DNA of 64,000 nucleotides from Deltaproteobacteria bacterium (GTDB lineage Bacteria; Myxococcota_A; UBA9160; UBA6930): the NCBI GenBank assembly GCA_028817435.1, contig JAPPPQ010000016.1, positions 15,073-79,072 of the forward strand. The letters are read 5' to 3'. The position numbers and the translations under genes are program-made. Below the pieces are notes generated by a model. That model made no database searches, was not told the origin of the DNA, and was given only the letters and a program-made list of their open reading frames with translations. How positions within the stretch are numbered: position 1 is the first letter of the stretch; each line of letters starts with the position of its first letter. Below are positions 8,171-18,304 of this stretch, piece after piece.

Positions 8171-10300
8171 ATGGCAGAGCGTTCCTTCGAGCATGAGGTC
8201 CGCAAGCTGCGGCTCGGTGCGGGTGAGGTGTTCCGGGGCGAGGGCGTGCTGGCTGTCACCAAGGCGCTGTTGCAGTCGGGCGTCGCCTATGTCGGCGGAT
8301 ACCAGGGCGCGCCCATTTCGCACCTGATGGATGTGCTCTGCGACGCCCGGGAAGTGCTGGATGAGCTGGGCGTGCACTTCGAATCGAGCGCCAGCGAGGC
8401 GGCGGCGGCGGCCATGCTCGCCGCCTCCGTCAACTACCCGTTGCGCGGCGCGGTGACCTGGAAGTCCACCGTCGGCACCAATGTCGCATCCGATGCGCTC
8501 GCCAATGTGGCCTCGAGCGGCGTGCGGGGCGGGGCGCTCATTATCGTCGGCGAAGACTACGGTGAGGGCTCCTCCATCATGCAGGAGCGCAGCCACGCCT
8601 TTGCGATGAAGTCGCAGATCTGGCTGCTGGATCCGCGCCCGAACACAGAGTCCATCGTCGCTGCCGTGGCGCATGGTTTCGAGCTTTCCGAGGCTTCCAA
8701 CACGCCGGTCATGCTGGAGTTGCGCATCCGGGCCTGCCATCTCTACGGGCGCTTTGCCGCCGGGGACAACCGCAGGCCCGCATTCAGCCTGCGCCAGGCC
8801 ATGGAGAATCCGCAGCGCGATACAGAGCGGATTGTGCTGCCGCCTGCCAGCTTTCTGCACGAGCGCGAGAAAATCTCCGCGCGCTGGCCCGCCGCCGTGA
8901 AGTTCATTGAGGACAACGCGCTCAATGAATTTCTCGGCGGCGGCGATGGCGAAATTGGCCTGATCGTCCAGGGGGGCCTTTACAACACGCTGATTCGCGC
9001 GCTGGAACTGATGGGACTCTCCGACAGCTTCGGCGGCGCCCGCTTGCCGATTTATGTGTTGAATGTGACCTATCCGCTGGTTCCCGGGGAGGTCGAGCGT
9101 TTTTGCAGGGACAAGAAGGCCGTGCTGCTGCTCGAAGAAGGCCAGCCCGCTTTTCTGGAACAGGCCATCGATTCGTTGCTGCGCAAAGCGGGCCTTCCGG
9201 CCCGGCTGCTGGGCAAGGAGTTGTTGCCGCTGGCGGGCGAATACACCCATGAGGTGGTGAAAGAGGGACTCCGCGCCTTCCTCGGAGCGCACGCGCCGCA
9301 TCTGCTCGACGCCGCCCCGCTCTCAGTCCGCAGCGCGGAGGAAGCGCCATCGCTCAATGCGCCCGCGCGGCCGCCCGGTTTCTGCACCGGCTGCCCCGAG
9401 CGGCCCCTGTTCACGGCAATCCGCCTGCTGGAGCGGGAGATGGGGAGCTTTCATGTCAGTTGCGATATTGGCTGCCATTTGTTTTCCATTCTGCCCCCTT
9501 TCAACATTGGCAACACCACCATGGGCTACGGGCTCGGATGGGCCGGGGCCGCCGCCTTCAATACCGATTCCGACAAGCGCACCATTTCCATCATGGGCGA
9601 TGGGGGCTTTTGGCACAACGGACTCACCAGCGGCGTCGGCAACGCCGTCTTCAACCGCAACGACAATGTCCTGGTTGTCATTGACAACAATTACTCCGCC
9701 GCGACGGGCGGGCAGGACCTGCTCTCCTCGCGCGCGCGCGGCGGGATTCGCAGCCTCGGGCATTCCATCGAAGCGGCGGTGCGTGGAATCGGAGTGCGCT
9801 GGCTCCGCACCGTCAATATCTTCGATCTCAAGCGCGTCCTCGCCGCGCTGAGGAAGGCGCTCACGACGGAGGAATCGGGCCCGAAGGTCATCGTCGCGCG
9901 CGGCGAATGCCAACTCAACCGCCAGCGCCGCATGGGGCCGCTGCTGGCGAAGCAGCAAAAGAGCGGCGCGCGCATTGTGAGGCAGCGCTTCTTCGTGGAT
10001 TCCGAAACCTGCACGGGCGATCACGCCTGCATACGCCTGTCCGGCTGCCCTTCGCTGACGATCCGGCCCAACCCCAACCCGCTCAAAGAGGATCCGGTCG
10101 CCTATGTCGACAACACCTGCGTCGGCTGCGGCCACTGCGGCGAGGTCGCGCACGCCGCGGTGCTCTGCCCCTCTTTCACACGCGTGGATTTGATCTTCAA
10201 CCCCGGCCTTTTCGACCGCGCAGTGGGCCGCTTCCGGGGCGCGCTCATTGGGCGCTTGCAGAAGCGCGCGGAGCGGAGGCGCGCAGCGCGGGCGGCGTGA
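8171..10300 (+). CDS. iorA: Indolepyruvate:ferredoxin oxidoreductase alpha subunit (TPP- and 4Fe-4S-binding)
   Basis: 709 aa. N-terminus GEGVLAVTKALLQSGVAYVGGYQGAPISH. TPP region GDGGFWHNG. C-terminal Cys clusters CTGDHACIRLSGCP and CVGCGHCGEVAHAAVLCP. Confidence 0.85.
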   Translation: MAERSFEHEVRKLRLGAGEVFRGEGVLAVTKALLQSGVAYVGGYQGAPISHLMDVLCDAREVLDELGVHFESSASEAAAAAMLAASVNYPLRGAVTWKSTVGTNVASDALANVASSGVRGGALIIVGEDYGEGSSIMQERSHAFAMKSQIWLLDPRPNTESIVAAVAHGFELSEASNTPVMLELRIRACHLYGRFAAGDNRRPAFSLRQAMENPQRDTERIVLPPASFLHEREKISARWPAAVKFIEDNALNEFLGGGDGEIGLIVQGGLYNTLIRALELMGLSDSFGGARLPIYVLNVTYPLVPGEVERFCRDKKAVLLLEEGQPAFLEQAIDSLLRKAGLPARLLGKELLPLAGEYTHEVVKEGLRAFLGAHAPHLLDAAPLSVRSAEEAPSLNAPARPPGFCTGCPERPLFTAIRLLEREMGSFHVSCDIGCHLFSILPPFNIGNTTMGYGLGWAGAAAFNTDSDKRTISIMGDGGFWHNGLTSGVGNAVFNRNDNVLVVIDNNYSAATGGQDLLSSRARGGIRSLGHSIEAAVRGIGVRWLRTVNIFDLKRVLAALRKALTTEESGPKVIVARGECQLNRQRRMGPLLAKQQKSGARIVRQRFFVDSETCTGDHACIRLSGCPSLTIRPNPNPLKEDPVAYVDNTCVGCGHCGEVAHAAVLCPSFTRVDLIFNPGLFDRAVGRFRGALIGRLQKRAERRRAARAA

Positions 10301-10310
10301 GGAAGCAAGC

Positions 10311-11786
10311 GTGACCGGAGCAGCCGACCGGCCCATTTCAATTGCCATTGCAGCGCTCGGAGGGCAGGGCGGGGGAGTTCTGGCGCAGTGGCTCACCGAC
10401 CTTGCCGAAGCCAACGGCTGTGTCGCGCAATCCACCTCGGTTCCCGGCGTCGCCCAGCGCACCGGCGCGACAATTTACTATGTGGAATTGCTGCCCGAGC
10501 AGGCGATTCAGCGCGCGGGCCGCTCTCCTGTGCTGGCTCTGATGCCCGCGCAGGGCAATGTGGATATCTGCATCGCCTCCGAATTGATCGAGGGCGGGCG
10601 CGCCATCGCGCGCGGTTTCGTCACACCCGACCGGACCACATTGATTCTCTCCGAGAACAGGATTTACGCCATTTCCGAAAAGGAGGCGCTGGGCGATGGC
10701 CGCGCCGATCCGGACAGCGTGCGCGCCGCCGCGCAGAGGGCGTCCAGAAACCTCGTCATGTTCGATATGCAGAAGGCGGCGGATGAGGCGGGCAGCGCAA
10801 TCAGCGCCGTTCTGTTCGGCGCGCTGGCGGGCTCGGGGGCGCTGCCATTTCGCCCCGAATCGTATCGGGACACGATTCGCCGGGCGGGCAGAGCCGTGGA
10901 GGCCAATCTTCGCGGCCTGGATCGCGGACTGGAAGGCGCGTGCGGCGGGCGGGGCATCGAATCGGCTGCGGAAACGGCGGCGCCGGCGAGTGTTGCGCCT
11001 CCCGCCGTTTGGGCGGCGGACTTCCCCGGCAGCACCCACGATATGATCGCGCGGGGTGTGGAGCGCCTCTGCGAATACCAGGACCGGGCTTATGCGGAGC
11101 TCTATCTGCAGCGTCTGCAGCAGCTACTCGCCGCCGGGTGCAGCCCGGAGGTGCTGCGGGAGACGGCGCGCCATCTCGCGCTGTGGATGAGTTTTGAAGA
11201 TGTCATCCGCGTTGCCGACCTGAAAGTGCGCGGCGAGCGCTTTGCGCAGATTCGGGAAGAGGTGCGCGCCGCGCCGGGGCAGCTCTGGTATGCGGCGGAA
11301 TATATGCACCCCCGCTACGAGGAATTCTGCGGATTGCTCCCCGCGTATCTGGGAAGCGCCTTGTTGCGCTCTAAATTTTTCAAGAGGCTTCTCTCGCCCA
11401 TTTTTTCCAGGGGGCGCATTTTGCAGACGGGGAAGCTGGGCGGGTTTCTGTTGCTCTATCTGCTGGCTGGGCTGAGACGGTGGCGGCGCGGAATGCTCCG
11501 CTACCGGCAGGAGAACGCGCTGATTGAGGATTGGCTCGCCAGAGTGCAGGAATGCGTCGGTGCAGATTCCGGGTTGGCTCTCGAAATTGCCCGGTGCCCG
11601 CGCCTTATCAAGGGCTACGGCGACACCCACGCGCGTGGTTTGGCGCGCTTTCTGCAGATTATGGAAAGAGTAGGAGCGCAGGCGCACAGTCCCCTCGATG
11701 CGCGGTCTGCACGCGCCCTGCGCGAAGCGGCGCTGGCCGACGAGGACGGGAGCGCCTTTGCCGAGGCCCTGCGCGGCCTCAATTGA
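10311..11786 (+). CDS. iorB: Indolepyruvate oxidoreductase beta subunit
   Basis: GTG 10311 preceded by GAGGAAG. Motif ISIAIAALGGQGGGVLAQWL (pyruvate:ferredoxin oxidoreductase gamma-type domain). Lies directly after iorA. Confidence 0.8.
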   Translation: MTGAADRPISIAIAALGGQGGGVLAQWLTDLAEANGCVAQSTSVPGVAQRTGATIYYVELLPEQAIQRAGRSPVLALMPAQGNVDICIASELIEGGRAIARGFVTPDRTTLILSENRIYAISEKEALGDGRADPDSVRAAAQRASRNLVMFDMQKAADEAGSAISAVLFGALAGSGALPFRPESYRDTIRRAGRAVEANLRGLDRGLEGACGGRGIESAAETAAPASVAPPAVWAADFPGSTHDMIARGVERLCEYQDRAYAELYLQRLQQLLAAGCSPEVLRETARHLALWMSFEDVIRVADLKVRGERFAQIREEVRAAPGQLWYAAEYMHPRYEEFCGLLPAYLGSALLRSKFFKRLLSPIFSRGRILQTGKLGGFLLLYLLAGLRRWRRGMLRYRQENALIEDWLARVQECVGADSGLALEIARCPRLIKGYGDTHARGLARFLQIMERVGAQAHSPLDARSARALREAALADEDGSAFAEALRGLN

Positions 11787-11793
11787 GTCCGGT

Positions 11794-13257
11794 ATGTCCA
11801 ATCCCTCCGAACGCATCCGGCACGCTCCCAATCCCGGCGCTTGGCCGACGCGGGCGCAGGCCGGGAAGTCCCGGCTCTTCTCGCCGCTGGTTCACGGGAA
11901 TCTGCGCCTCGCACAGCGCAGTTGGATCCCCGCCATGGTTCCCTGGCGGGCGAGTGACGATGGCTTTGTCAATCGGGATGTCATTGACTGGTATGCCCGT
12001 TTCGCGCGGGGCAGGCCCGGCGCGCTGGTAGTGGAGGCGACGGGGATTCGGGACATTCCCAGCGGCCCGCTGTTGCGAATCGGCCACGACCGCTACATCC
12101 CCGGATTGAAGAAGCTCGTATGCGCAGTGCGGGAGGCCAGCGGCGGCGAGACTCGCCTGTTGATTCAACTCATAGACTTTCTCACGATCCGCCGCAGACC
12201 AGCGCCCGAGAAATACTTCGCCCGCCATCTGCAGCTAACCGGCCGGCACCGGCGCGCGCTCGGCGCAGAAACCTGGAACGAGTCGCGCATCCGGTCTCAC
12301 CTGGCAGCTCTGGAAGACGCGGCGCTGGAACAGGTGCTGGATGCACGGGAGCTGGAGAGCCTGCGTATGGGGTTGCGCGAGCGCGTGACCGACACGCACC
12401 TGCCCGGCATTCGAGAGCTTCCCCGCCGCTTGCCCGGCCTGTTTGCACAGGCCGCGCGGCGCGCGCGCGAGTCGGGCTTCGATGGTGTGGAGCTGCACTA
12501 TGCCCACGCCTACACGATGGCCTCATTTCTCTCCGCGTTGAATACGCGGGCGGATGGCTACGGCGGCGCGCGCGAGAACCGCGTCCGCTTGCCTCTCGAG
12601 GTCTTTGATGCGGTGCGCTCGGAAGTGGGCGGCGATTATCTGCTGGGTTGCCGCTTCCTGAGTGAGGATTGCATTGCGGGCGGATCCACGCTTTCGGATG
12701 CGCGTTACTTCGCCGTCTGTTTTGCGCGCGCCGGAATGGACTTTCTCTCGCTGTCGCGCGGAGGCAAGTTCGAGGATGCCAGGCAGCCGAAGATCGGCCA
12801 GGCGGCCTACCCCTACACCGGGCCCAGCGGCTACGAGTGCATGCCGCAGGTGATATCCGACCGGCGCGGGCCTTTTGGCCGCAATGTCGAACCCGTTGCC
12901 GAGATCCGCAACGCACTGCGCGCGGCGGGCTTTGCGATTCCCGTCGTCGTCTCCGGGGGCATTCACGGCTTTCACCAGGCCGAGCAGATTCTCGCGCTCG
13001 GCCAGGCGGATATCATCGGCATGGCCCGCCAGGCACTCGCAGATCCCGACTGGTTTCTCAAGGTGCGCCTCGGATTTGGCGGAGAGATTCGCGTCTGCAC
13101 CTACACCAACTACTGCGAGGGCCTGGATCAGAAACACAAGCAGGTGACCTGCCAGCTCTGGGACCGCCTGAATTTGGAGGAAGCGGGCCTGCGGCGCGCG
13201 AAGGAGGGCCGAAGGCGCCTGACGGCGCCGGCATGGGTCCCTCCGGACGCGGGCTAA
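11794..13257 (+). CDS. NADH:flavin oxidoreductase, Old Yellow Enzyme family
   Basis: ATG 11794. PAMVPWRASDDG, VVEATG, GFDGVELHYAHAYTMASFLS and DGYGG are TIM-barrel OYE motifs. Confidence 0.8.
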   Translation: MSNPSERIRHAPNPGAWPTRAQAGKSRLFSPLVHGNLRLAQRSWIPAMVPWRASDDGFVNRDVIDWYARFARGRPGALVVEATGIRDIPSGPLLRIGHDRYIPGLKKLVCAVREASGGETRLLIQLIDFLTIRRRPAPEKYFARHLQLTGRHRRALGAETWNESRIRSHLAALEDAALEQVLDARELESLRMGLRERVTDTHLPGIRELPRRLPGLFAQAARRARESGFDGVELHYAHAYTMASFLSALNTRADGYGGARENRVRLPLEVFDAVRSEVGGDYLLGCRFLSEDCIAGGSTLSDARYFAVCFARAGMDFLSLSRGGKFEDARQPKIGQAAYPYTGPSGYECMPQVISDRRGPFGRNVEPVAEIRNALRAAGFAIPVVVSGGIHGFHQAEQILALGQADIIGMARQALADPDWFLKVRLGFGGEIRVCTYTNYCEGLDQKHKQVTCQLWDRLNLEEAGLRRAKEGRRRLTAPAWVPPDAG

Positions 13258-15593
13258 TCCTTTGCCGCCTTTCCGTAGTGGCGGCGCGCGGGGCGCAGCC
13301 GCACAGCCGTTTCCCGCAGCTTTTCCCGGGCCAGTTCCGCCTCGCGGTGGAGTTGGTATTCGCCCGAGGCATACTGCCGGGGCCAGCCTTCGGGGCGCAC
13401 GCCGTAATGGCCCGCCGCCTGCCGCGTGAAGTAGGGGTTGTTGAGATGGGGCCGGGCCAGCGCGCAGAGATCTGCGCGGCGCGCAGCGATGAGGGTGTTC
13501 ACCTGCTCCGGCAGGGTAATCGCGCCGACGGCCATGGTCCGAGCGCCAATTTCGTTGCGCACGAATTCCGAGAAGGGCGCCTGCCACATACGGCCGAAGA
13601 CCGGCTTCTGCCACTTCACTGTCTCTCCCGACGACACATCAATCAGGTCTGCGCCCGCGGCCTTGAAAGCGGCGGCGACGCTGCGCAGGTCGTCCCAATC
13701 CAGGCCGCCCTCCGCCCAATCCCAGGCCGAGATGCGCACCGACATGGGCCGATCTTCCGGCCACACCGCGCGCAGCGCGCTGAAGACCTCCAGCGGAAAC
13801 CGCAGCCGGTTTCCAACGCTGCCGCCATAGCCATCTCTCCGGCGGTTGGTGAGCGGAGAGAGAAAGCTCGCAAAGAGATAGCCATGCGCGCAGTGCAGCT
13901 CCAGCATATCGAAGCCCGCCCGCGCCGCGCGCTGCGCCGCCGCCACAAAGCTGTCGCGCACCGCGTCCATGCCGGCGCGGTCGAGCTCCTCCGGGATCGC
14001 CGAGACTCCCCCAATGTAGGGGATGGGCGAAGCCGAGAAGATCGGCCAATTGTCCGAATCCCTCGGCAGGTCCATGCCTTCCCACGGGCGCTTGGTGGAG
14101 CCCTTGCGGCCTGCATGGCCCAACTGTATGCAGAGCCTGGCCGGCGTGTGGGCGTGCACGAAGTCAACCAGGCGCTTCCATTCCGATTCCTGTGCATCGC
14201 TCCACAGGCCGGTGCAGCCGTCGGAGATGCGGGAATCGGGAGTAGGGCAGGTCATCTCGGTGAAGACCAGCCCCGCGCCTCCTAGCGCGCGGCTGGCGTA
14301 GTGCACGAAGTGCCAGTCGTTCCCGAGGCCATTCACTGCGGAATACTGCGCCATGGGCGACACCACCACGCGGTTTTCAACCCGTATGCCGCGCAGTTCC
14401 AGAGGCGTGAACATCGGCGCAGGGCGGTTGCCGCGGTTGCCAGAGCTGGCTTCGCAGCGGTGGAATTCATCCTCTACGCACTGCAGAAAGTGTGCATCGC
14501 GCAGGCCGACATTGTCCCAGGTGACGCTCTTTGAGCGCGACATCAGCGAGAAACAGAAGGCGTAGCGCTCCAGATTCCAGTGGCGCGGCATGGATTCGAA
14601 CCACTGCAGAGACACATCGGCGTTGTGCTGGATAATCTCCACGGGATCGCGCCGCTCTTCCTCGTAGCGGCGGAAGGCGGCCTGCACATCGCCCCCGCTT
14701 TCGACGAGGGCGCGGGAGAGCGCAATGGCGCACTCCATGGCGAGCTTGGTGCCCGACCCGATGGACCAGTGCGCAGATGCCTTGGCATCTCCCAGAAGGG
14801 CGATGCGGCCCGTGCTCCACTTTTCGCAGGTGACCCGGGGAAAGTTGCGCCAGAGCGAGCGGTTGGTGATGAGGGGGTGCCCCTGCAGTTCCTCGCTGAA
14901 CACCTCTTCGAGGTGGCGCGCGCTCTCTGCTTCGGACATGGCGCCGAAACCGCAGGTCTCCCAGGTCTCCGGCGTGCATTCCATGACCCAGGTGCTGCGC
15001 CCCTGCTCATACTGGTAGGTGTGGGCGCAGAAGTGCCCCTGCGGCGTGCGCTTGAAGAAGAAAGTGAAGGCATCCAGCGGCCGCGTGGAGCCCAGCCAGG
15101 CGAACTTGTTGCGATGCAGCGTTACCGATGCGCCGAAATCTGCGGCGTGTTGCGCCCGCACCTCGCTGTTGATCCCGTCGGCGGCGAGGATCACATCGCA
15201 ATCCGGGAAGCGCGCCTCGAGGGAGGCGGCGTCGAGGTGAGTCTCGAAGTGCAGCTTCACGCCCACCTGGCGGCAGCGCTCTTGCAAGAGGCCCAGCAGC
15301 CGGGCGCGCGAGCAGCCGGCGAAGCCGTTGCCGCCGATCACACTGCGCTGGCCCTCATGGCAGACGACGATGTCGCTCCAGTAGGCGAAATTGCGGCGGA
15401 TGGAATCGTAGGATTCGGGGTCCGCGGAGAGAAACTCGTCGAGAGTCTCGTCGGAGAAGACCACGCCGAAGCCGAAGGTGTCGTCGGCCCGGTTCTGCTC
15501 GAAGACCTCGATTTCGAAGTCCGGGCGGGCCTTCTTGGTCAGCAGCGAGAAATACAGCCCCCCGGGGCCGCCTCCGATCACCGCGATTTTCAC
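13254..15593 (-). CDS. Bifunctional FAD monooxygenase / OYE-like reductase (2-aminobenzoyl-CoA monooxygenase-reductase / salicylyl-CoA 5-hydroxylase type)
   Basis: 779 aa. N-terminus MKIAVIGGGPGGLY (FAD monooxygenase, LLGDAKASAHWSIGSGT). C-terminal half has OYE motifs (VVSPMAQYS, GFDMLELHCAHGYLFASFLSPLTNRRRDGYGG). Confidence 0.85.
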   Translation of the reverse strand: MKIAVIGGGPGGLYFSLLTKKARPDFEIEVFEQNRADDTFGFGVVFSDETLDEFLSADPESYDSIRRNFAYWSDIVVCHEGQRSVIGGNGFAGCSRARLLGLLQERCRQVGVKLHFETHLDAASLEARFPDCDVILAADGINSEVRAQHAADFGASVTLHRNKFAWLGSTRPLDAFTFFFKRTPQGHFCAHTYQYEQGRSTWVMECTPETWETCGFGAMSEAESARHLEEVFSEELQGHPLITNRSLWRNFPRVTCEKWSTGRIALLGDAKASAHWSIGSGTKLAMECAIALSRALVESGGDVQAAFRRYEEERRDPVEIIQHNADVSLQWFESMPRHWNLERYAFCFSLMSRSKSVTWDNVGLRDAHFLQCVEDEFHRCEASSGNRGNRPAPMFTPLELRGIRVENRVVVSPMAQYSAVNGLGNDWHFVHYASRALGGAGLVFTEMTCPTPDSRISDGCTGLWSDAQESEWKRLVDFVHAHTPARLCIQLGHAGRKGSTKRPWEGMDLPRDSDNWPIFSASPIPYIGGVSAIPEELDRAGMDAVRDSFVAAAQRAARAGFDMLELHCAHGYLFASFLSPLTNRRRDGYGGSVGNRLRFPLEVFSALRAVWPEDRPMSVRISAWDWAEGGLDWDDLRSVAAAFKAAGADLIDVSSGETVKWQKPVFGRMWQAPFSEFVRNEIGARTMAVGAITLPEQVNTLIAARRADLCALARPHLNNPYFTRQAAGHYGVRPEGWPRQYASGEYQLHREAELAREKLRETAVRLRPARRHYGKAAKD

Positions 15594-15649
15594 CCTTGGT
15601 CCCTCCTGCCCCCGGCCTGGCCCGGCCCGGCGCCAGCTCTTTTATCTTA

Positions 15650-15668
15650 CATATAATCATTTTATATG
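15650..15668. promoter_or_regulatory. Inverted repeat CATATAA-N5-TTATATG in the divergent MarR / monooxygenase intergenic region (candidate MarR operator)
   Basis: The only AT-rich stretch in the 146-bp intergenic region 15594-15739. The 7-nt arms are exact reverse complements. Confidence 0.4.
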
Positions 15669-15739
15669 ACAATTCGAAATTTTCCACTGGATTGGCTACC
15701 CTGGGGGCCGTGGGGCGAGGGGAGGCGGGGAGCCTGAAA

Positions 15740-16213
15740 ATGAGAGAGGGAGCCCGGGGGGCGGCGCGCAAGCTGTCCACCACGCCGCTGAGGCTCTGGT
15801 TGCAGATGATCCGCTGCACCAAGCTGATTGAGCGCGAGTTGAATGTCCGCCTGCGGCGGCACTATGCGCAGAGCCTGCCGCGCTTCGATGTGCTTTCGCA
15901 ACTGCGCCGCGCCCCGGGGCGGCGCCTCGCCGTCGGCAAGCTCTCCGCGCAGTTGATTCTGTCCAACCGCAACATCACGCGGCTGCTCGACCGCATGGAA
16001 AGCGAGGGGCTGATCGGGCGGCGCTATTCGAAGAGGGACCGGCGCGGCGTGGAGGTGGAGTTGACGGGCAAGGGCATTGCGCTCTTTGACGAAATGGCCG
16101 CTGACCATGCGCAGTGGGTGGAGGGGATCTTCTCCCGCCTGCCGAAGCAGGCGCAGGCGAGCCTCCACCTGTTGCTGGCCGACGCCCACAGCGCGGCAAA
16201 GCGCGAATTCTGA
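15740..16213 (+). CDS. MarR-family transcriptional regulator
   Basis: ATG 15740. Winged-helix region LPRFDVLSQLRR...LSAQLILSNRNITRLLDRMESEGLIGRRYSKRDRRGVEVELTGKG. Confidence 0.85.
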   Translation: MREGARGAARKLSTTPLRLWLQMIRCTKLIERELNVRLRRHYAQSLPRFDVLSQLRRAPGRRLAVGKLSAQLILSNRNITRLLDRMESEGLIGRRYSKRDRRGVEVELTGKGIALFDEMAADHAQWVEGIFSRLPKQAQASLHLLLADAHSAAKREF

Positions 16214-16222
16214 AGCCGCGTC

Positions 16223-16624
16223 TCAGCTGGCGGGCAGCACCGCGGTGACTTCGATCTCAATGCGGGCGCGTTCCTCGGCGAGTCCCTTGACCTCGAGGAA
16301 GGTCATTGGGGGGTAGTTGCGCCCCATCACTTCGCGGTAGGCGTGGCCGAGTTCCGTGCGCCGCGCCAGATACTCGCGCCTATCGAGGGCATAGAGGTTG
16401 AGGCGGACCACATGCTCCGGCCCCGCCCCGCCCTCTGCCAGAACGGCAGCGGCATTGGCGAGCGCCTGGCGGAATTGCTCCACGAAGTCGTCGCTGCGGA
16501 AGTTCTGCTCCGCGTCCCACCCGACCATGCCCGCGACGAAAATCATCCGGCCTGCGTCGACGCAGACTCCGTTGGAGTAGCCCTTCGGAGCAGACCAGCC
16601 CGGCGGCAGCAAGATTTGTCTCAT
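16223..16624 (-). CDS. RidA/YjgF-family enamine/imine deaminase-like protein
   Basis: 133 aa with the family pattern GYSNGV...IFVAGMVG...RIEIEVTAV. Confidence 0.85.
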   Translation of the reverse strand: MRQILLPPGWSAPKGYSNGVCVDAGRMIFVAGMVGWDAEQNFRSDDFVEQFRQALANAAAVLAEGGAGPEHVVRLNLYALDRREYLARRTELGHAYREVMGRNYPPMTFLEVKGLAEERARIEIEVTAVLPAS

Positions 16625-16653
16625 CGCGCTCTCCTCTTCAACAACAGCGGCCG

Positions 16654-17463
16654 TCAGTCGCCTTCGAAAACGGGATTTTCCCTCTTGAGGAAGGCGTGGT
16701 AGGCGCGCTCGAAATCCCGGGTCTGCATGCAGAGGGCCTGCGCCTGCGCCTCGGCCTCAATTGCGGCATCCAACCCCATGTCCCACTCCAGGTTGAGCTG
16801 GTTCTTGGTGAAGCCGTTGGCGAAGCGCGGGCCATTGGCAATGCGCGCCGCCAGTTTGTGCGTCTCTTCCAACAGGTTTTCCGGCGCGCAGATTGCGTTG
16901 AAGAATCCCCAGCGCTCTCCCTCTTCGGCGCTCATTGCGCGGCCCGTGAAGAGCAAATCTGAAGCGCGCCCCTGCCCGATGATGCGGGGCAAAATTGCGC
17001 AGGCTCCCATGTCGCAACCCGCAAGTCCGACCCGGTTGAACAGGAAGGCCGTCCTGCACTGTGGCGTTCCCAGCCGGAAATCCGAGGCCATGGCCAGGAT
17101 GGCCCCCGCGCCGGCGCACACGCCGTCCACCGCGGCGATGACCGGTTGGGGGCAGTGGCGCATGGCCTTGACCAGATCTCCCGTCATGCGCGTGAACTTC
17201 AAGAGCCCCTTCATGTCCATTTGGGTCAGCGGCCCGATGATCTCGTTCACATCGCCGCCGGAGCAGAAGTTTCCGCCTTCTCCGGCAATGATGACAGCGC
17301 CGATCTCATCGGTGTGGGCCAGCGCGCGAAAGCAATCCCGCAGTTCGGCGTAGGAGTCGAAGGTCAGCGGGTTCTTCTTTGCCGGCCGGCACAGCGTGAT
17401 CTGCGCCACGCCGTCTTGGCAGCGCCACTTGAAATGCTCGGGGCTGTATTCAGACAAGTTCAT
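16654..17463 (-). CDS. Enoyl-CoA hydratase/isomerase (crotonase) family protein
   Basis: 269 aa. [47 protein letters not shown]. Confidence 0.85.
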   Translation of the reverse strand: MNLSEYSPEHFKWRCQDGVAQITLCRPAKKNPLTFDSYAELRDCFRALAHTDEIGAVIIAGEGGNFCSGGDVNEIIGPLTQMDMKGLLKFTRMTGDLVKAMRHCPQPVIAAVDGVCAGAGAILAMASDFRLGTPQCRTAFLFNRVGLAGCDMGACAILPRIIGQGRASDLLFTGRAMSAEEGERWGFFNAICAPENLLEETHKLAARIANGPRFANGFTKNQLNLEWDMGLDAAIEAEAQAQALCMQTRDFERAYHAFLKRENPVFEGD

Positions 17464-17493
17464 GCGCTTCCTCCACGCTGCTGCGGCGTTCGC

Positions 17494-18255
17494 TCACATT
17501 ACCTCGCCGCCGGCAATGGCAATGGCCTGCCCGTTGACCGCGCCGGACGCCGGGGAGCAGAGCCAGAGCACCGCCTGCGCGACTTCCTCCGGAGAGATCA
17601 GGCGCTTTTGGGGATTGTGCCGGACGAGCTCCTCCAGCGCCTGTTCCGCGCTGCGCCCGGTTTTGGCGGAGATGTTCTGCACGCCTTCGCGGACCATCTG
17701 CGTATCGGTGAAACCGGGGCAAATTGCGTTGACCGTCAACGCCGTGCGGGCGGCTTCCAGCGCCAGTGAGCGCGTGAGGCCGATGACGCCATGCTTGGCA
17801 GCCGCGTAGGCGGCGGTGTAGGCGTAGCCCTTCAACCCGGCGGTGCTGGCGATATTGATGATTCGCCCCTTTCCCCGCTCCAGCATAGCAGGGTAGGCGG
17901 CGCGGGCGCACAGAAATACGCCGGTCAGGTTGACATCCAGCATACGGCGCCAGTGTTGAGCGTCCATCCTGTGAAAGGGGAGAGTCTCCACTGCGCCCGC
18001 GTTGTTCACCAGAATGTCCACCGGGCCCTGCACCCGAACGCATTCGTCAAAGCACGCCTCGACGGATTCCGGTTGCGTTACATCAATTCGGAAGCCCCGC
18101 GCCCCCGGCTTTTCCCCCGCCGCCCGCTCGGCCCGGGCGAGATTGCGCGCCAGCAGCGAGGTTCGAGCGCCCGCATCTGCCAATGCGTGAAAGATCGAGA
18201 GCCCGATCCCCGTGGCGCCGCCGGTAATGACTGCATGGCTGTCTTGCAGATTCAT
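17494..18255 (-). CDS. SDR-family oxidoreductase (3-hydroxyacyl-CoA dehydrogenase-like)
   Basis: 253 aa. VITGGATGIG, NNAG, and a YTAAYAAAKHG catalytic Y-x3-K. Confidence 0.85.
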   Translation of the reverse strand: MNLQDSHAVITGGATGIGLSIFHALADAGARTSLLARNLARAERAAGEKPGARGFRIDVTQPESVEACFDECVRVQGPVDILVNNAGAVETLPFHRMDAQHWRRMLDVNLTGVFLCARAAYPAMLERGKGRIINIASTAGLKGYAYTAAYAAAKHGVIGLTRSLALEAARTALTVNAICPGFTDTQMVREGVQNISAKTGRSAEQALEELVRHNPQKRLISPEEVAQAVLWLCSPASGAVNGQAIAIAGGEVM

Positions 18256-18304
18256 GGATTCCCAGCCCCGTTGTCAAGCCGCCATTCTAGCGCCGCCTGC
18301 GGCC

